From the NCBI RefSeq assembly GCF_001194135.2, contig NC_068987.1, positions 94,395,621 through 94,448,531 of the forward strand: a stretch of 52,911 nucleotides of DNA, read 5' to 3'. The notes below the pieces were generated by a model, which worked only from the letters and a program-made list of their open reading frames with translations, made no database searches and was not told the origin of the DNA. This DNA is from Octopus bimaculoides (taxonomy: Eukaryota). Every line of letters begins with the position of its first letter. Position 1 is the stretch's first letter. This document shows positions 48,376 to 52,911 of the stretch, one piece after another. The position numbers and the translations under genes are program-made.

Positions 48376-50177
48376 CGCCTGGCAAATTATTTTATTTGCT
48401 AAAAAAAAGTCTGAATCCATGGTCCAGGAGATAGATGGTAAATGTTTTTATTTTTCATTCCCTTCGAAATTTATCCCTAATAGTGGTTTGGATTTTAACT
48501 GGTCCTTCTAGCATGCAAGGAATCTTATGACAGATACCTCTTATGTATTTAAATGTACACTAGATTTATATGAATAATATATAGCCTATTGACTAAATTT
48601 TTTTTACACGCTAAGCCACTGGTAGTAAAAATTTCTGATATTTCTTATTACCCAGATATTATTAATTATATGTATATGATGTACGCTATGAATTCCACAG
48701 GCGTGCATAGGAGCGCTGTTTTCGATGAACTTGGTTCAATAAGGGGCGAGTTCTTTTTGTTTTATGTATTTGTTTCAAACCTGGCTCTGCGATCGTTGCG
48801 CGCGTTTTCTTTCTTTTATGCCCCTGTTACTTCGCTCTCGGCAAAGTTGGAGATCGATAAAATAAGTACCAAACTTAAAAAGACACAATAAACGAAAGTG
48901 AATTTGGTCTTTGATATTGTTGAAGGCGGCGACCCAGCATGGCCGTTGTCGGATGTTTACACTATTGACAGAACACACACACGTATAGATGAATATATAT
49001 ATGTACACATATATGTATATATATATATATTGTACATATGTATATATAGTATATATATAAATGTATATATAGTATATATATAAATGTNNNNNNNNNNATA
49101 TGTATATATATAATGTATATATATTTGTGTATATATATGTGTACATATATGTATATATAGATGTATATATGTTTGTGTATATATATTGTACATATATACA
49201 TGTAAATATATAAATACATATATATGCATAATTACATGTGTGTACATATATATACACATTTGTATTATATGTATATATATATATATATACGCATATACAT
49301 ACGCACACACTCACATAGATATATATACACACACACACATATATTAAATATTTATATATATATATATATATATAATTACAATTTTATGTCACTATCTTGT
49401 TACTTCATCTCATTTTTTTTTTCGTTTCTCACACTTGACTCTTCCCTTCNNNNNNNNNNNNNNNNNNNNNNNNNNNNNNNNNNNNNNNNNNNNNNNNNNN
49501 NNNNNNNNNNNNNNNNNNNNNNNNNNNNNNNNNNNNNNNNNNNNNNNNNNNNNNNNNNNNNNNNNNNNNNNNNNNNNNNNNNNNNNNNNNNNNNNNNNNN
49601 NNNNNNNNNNNNNNNNNNNNNNNNNNNNNNNNNNNNNNNNNNNNNNNNNNNNNNNNNNNNNNNNNNNNNNNNNNNNNNNNNNNNNNNNNNNNNNNNNNNN
49701 NNNNNNNNNNNNNNNNNNNNNNNNNNNNNNNNNNNNNNNNNNNNNNNNNNNNNNNNNNNNNNNNNNNNNNNNNNNNNNNNNNNNNNNNNNNNNNNNNNNN
49801 NNNNNNNNNNNNNNNNNNNNNNNNNNNNNNNNNNNNNNNNNNNNNNNNNNNNNNNNNNNNNNNNNNNNNNNNNNNNNNNNNNNNNNNNNNNNNNNNNNNN
49901 NNNNNNNNNNNNNNNCCTCCCACGCCCCCCCCACCTTTCCAATTCTCTTAATATAAAAAAGTTATTTTACTCATAAACCATATAAAAAAAAACGTGCAAC
50001 TGCACAGCTTGCTGGGGTTTTCACTACTACTACTACTACTACTTGTTATGTACTGGGCACTTAGATGATTGTTTCCACATTCCATCCTAATTTAAGAACA
50101 CAGACTTCATCATTGTTGTTATTGCTTGTTTTGTTGTTGTAGTTCTTCATCTTCTTATCATTATGATAATTATGATT

Positions 50178-50560
50178 ATTGTTGTCTTTCATCCTTTCGG
50201 GATCGATAAAGTAAGTACCAGTTGAACACTGGGGTCGATGTAATCGACTAGTCTCCTCCTCCTCCTCCAAAATTGCTGGCCTTGTGGCAAAATTTGAAAC
50301 CTGTATCATTGTTGTTATTATTATTATTATAATAATCATTATTATTTAAGTCGGCGAGCTGGCAGAATCGTCAGCACGAGTGGACGAAATGCTTAGCAGT
50401 ATTTCGCCCGTCACTATGTTCTGAGTTCAAATTCTGCCGAAGTCGAGTTTACATTTCCTCCTTTTGGGGGTCGATACAATAAGTGCCAGTTTAGGACTGG
50501 GATCGATATAATCAACTCATTCCCTTCTCGAAATTGCTGGCCTTGTGCCAAAGTTTGAAA
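50178..50560 (+). mobile_element. Two SINE family B copies (50178-50305 truncated; 50348-50560 complete) in (ATT)n
   Basis: Central domain and tails are read directly. Confidence 0.85.
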
Positions 50561-50684
50561 GTATTGTTAATATTTGAACTCGTTTGGGTTTGAACGCTAG
50601 TGTATCAAAATCGCTCGACCCGCAACAGAACGCAACTAAATCTCCTTCAAATCATGTTTTATTGTCTTAGATAAGAATACACTA

Positions 50685-50719
<35 letters not shown>

Positions 50720-51210
50720 TCGTAATAAGCACATCATCAATGACCAGTTACAATTGTTTCTGCACCACACTGTTTTTGACGCCATTGCACGCAATATGTC
50801 GAGCTTGTGGCTTTAAAGATTAGCGTGACACTATTAGATTTGCGCTCTTACATTGTGCCTCTGCAGTTGAAGTGACACTCTAGCTAGTGTTAAAAACTTC
50901 AAAGAGTTCATAACTTTTCACATTGAACCTTTTGCATGCGACGGCGTTAAAAACAATTCGTAGGGAAACCAGTGTAATCGGTCAATGAAGATCTGATACA
51001 ATCTTTCTCTTTGCCACCGCTGCTGCCGACTTTGGATTTATATTTCGTTCTTCGCCAAACCCACACATGGCTTTTATCGATGCAACACCTGGATATTCTG
51101 CACTGAAGGAAATTCGATCCGAGTTTAGATTACGGTTCAAAAGTATAGATTGTTTCAAGTTCGGTTCGAGTGCTGCATTGGAAATACCATATCTTCCTAC
51201 TCTTCCAGGA

Positions 51211-51318
<108 letters not shown>

Positions 51319-51924
51319 CGCGTGATGGTTGCAGCAGGGACGTATTTGACCTTCGGCCTATTTGATCAACGTAGACAACAGCAGTCTCTATAAAAACAAT
51401 AATAATAATAATAATAAACACAATCCATGAAATCCTAAGGCGATTTACACAAGGGCGATGTAATGATGATGATGGTGGTGATTATGGCGGTAGTCGTGGC
51501 GAAGTGGTGGCAATGGTATTAGTACAGGTGAGTTGATTGTTGTGATGATAATGTGGATGATGACTAGGATCATTAGGCGATGGTTGTACGTAATTCTGGT
51601 TAAGTGAATAATGGTGGTGGTGGTGTTGTCGATGATGATGATGACGAAATTTCAATCCAGCTCAATTTTCATCGTGCCATCCGATGATATAAGTCGTTCT
51701 AGCCATTGCCCCAGGATACTCATGTCTTTTAAGGATTTAGGGAGCACATTGCCTAGAGTCTCCTGGGAGGTGTTTGGCTGCTATTTCTACCAATAATTAA
51801 GCAAAAGCCCCTCCTTTGGCTTGATGATGATGATGATGTCCGTCAGTGAAAATGAAGATATCGATTCTGAGATGACACAGGAAATCAATTGGAGGAGTGC
51901 AGAAGAAGGTGGCGAGATCAGAAC

Positions 51925-52445
51925 GCGCACGCACGCACGCACACAAACGCACACACACACATACGCATATAAATATATGCACATATATATATATGCATAT
52001 GTATGTACATATGCGTATATATATATATATATATATGTATATATGTGTATATTTATATATATATGTGTATATACATGTATGTATATACATGTACATATAT
52101 GTGTATATACATGTGTGTATATACATGTATGTATATACATGTACATATAAGTATATATCATATATGTATATATATATATAGATAGATATGTACATATACA
52201 TAGATATATAATATATATATAGTTGGATATAGTTTTGTGTGAGTATATATTTGTATGTGTATTGATGAAGATATTGGTATTATGCAGTGACGTCCAGTTC
52301 GGTGATTGGTATATATATATATATGTGTGCCTGTGTGTGTGTGTGTGTAAGTCTATGTATGTACGTATGTACATTTAATATCTTCATACACACACATGAC
52401 ATATTTGTATGTATGCTTATGTATATATATGCGTATGAAAGGTGC

Positions 52446-52483
<38 letters not shown>

Positions 52484-52858
52484 TTGTGTGTGTGTGTATA
52501 TATATATATGTATATATACACACACGCATATTTATGTTTGTATGTGTAGTGCACGCGCACACACACATGCAGAGCAGAAAATAGACTAAAACGAAATGAT
52601 GTAGAAGAAAAAAAGAAAAAAAAAACACAGATATTTAAATTATGTTGCCATGAATTGTCTCATTAAAATGTATCTACCTCCAAATTTAGTTGTTTTTATT
52701 TAGCACAATATCTATTATTGCAAGCGCGTGCTGTGAGACACACAGACAGACAGTGATAGATGTACGTATTCCTTCGTCATCTTCTATCTATCCATCTATC
52801 TATCTACCTACCTCAAATCTGTCGGTCTTTCTATCTAAATGCTAAATCTTTCTACGAG

Positions 52859-52911
<53 letters not shown>
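51925..52911. repeat. Microsatellite-rich block: (CA)/(TA)/(TG) compounds and a terminal (CT)n
   Basis: Read directly. Confidence 0.85.

Overview
This is animal genomic DNA, AT-rich and saturated with microsatellites, with 13 N-gaps that mostly abut microsatellites. The SINE families and repeat make-up suggest an octopod cephalopod such as Octopus (inference, not verified). I recognise no intact protein-coding gene: the long ORFs in the track are microsatellite or N artefacts, or retroelement remnants, so the window is probably intergenic or a long intron. Identifiable content: (i) an RTE-clade LINE 3' part, several R4/Dong-type LINE fragments (CCHC plus restriction-like endonuclease) and L1/Tx1-like 3' ends packed into (ATT)n tracts; (ii) three tRNA-related SINE families, two of which share a conserved stem-loop; (iii) DNA transposons: Tc1/mariner remnants, a 228-bp mariner MITE, a 638-bp MITE with an 8-bp TSD and internal TTAGGG repeats, and a 905-bp non-autonomous Helitron; (iv) at least five loci with type I hammerhead ribozyme motifs of the minimal, palindromic-helix-III (Penelope-associated) kind. 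The best hammerhead (18552-18598, minus strand) is nearly intact and sits in the loop of a 117-bp, 92%-identical inverted repeat. Weaker signals are a CCAAT/Inr/DPE promoter candidate at about 36.6 kb and two AG|GT recursive-splice-like sites. All alignments and folds were done by eye. Boundaries of decayed elements are approximate.
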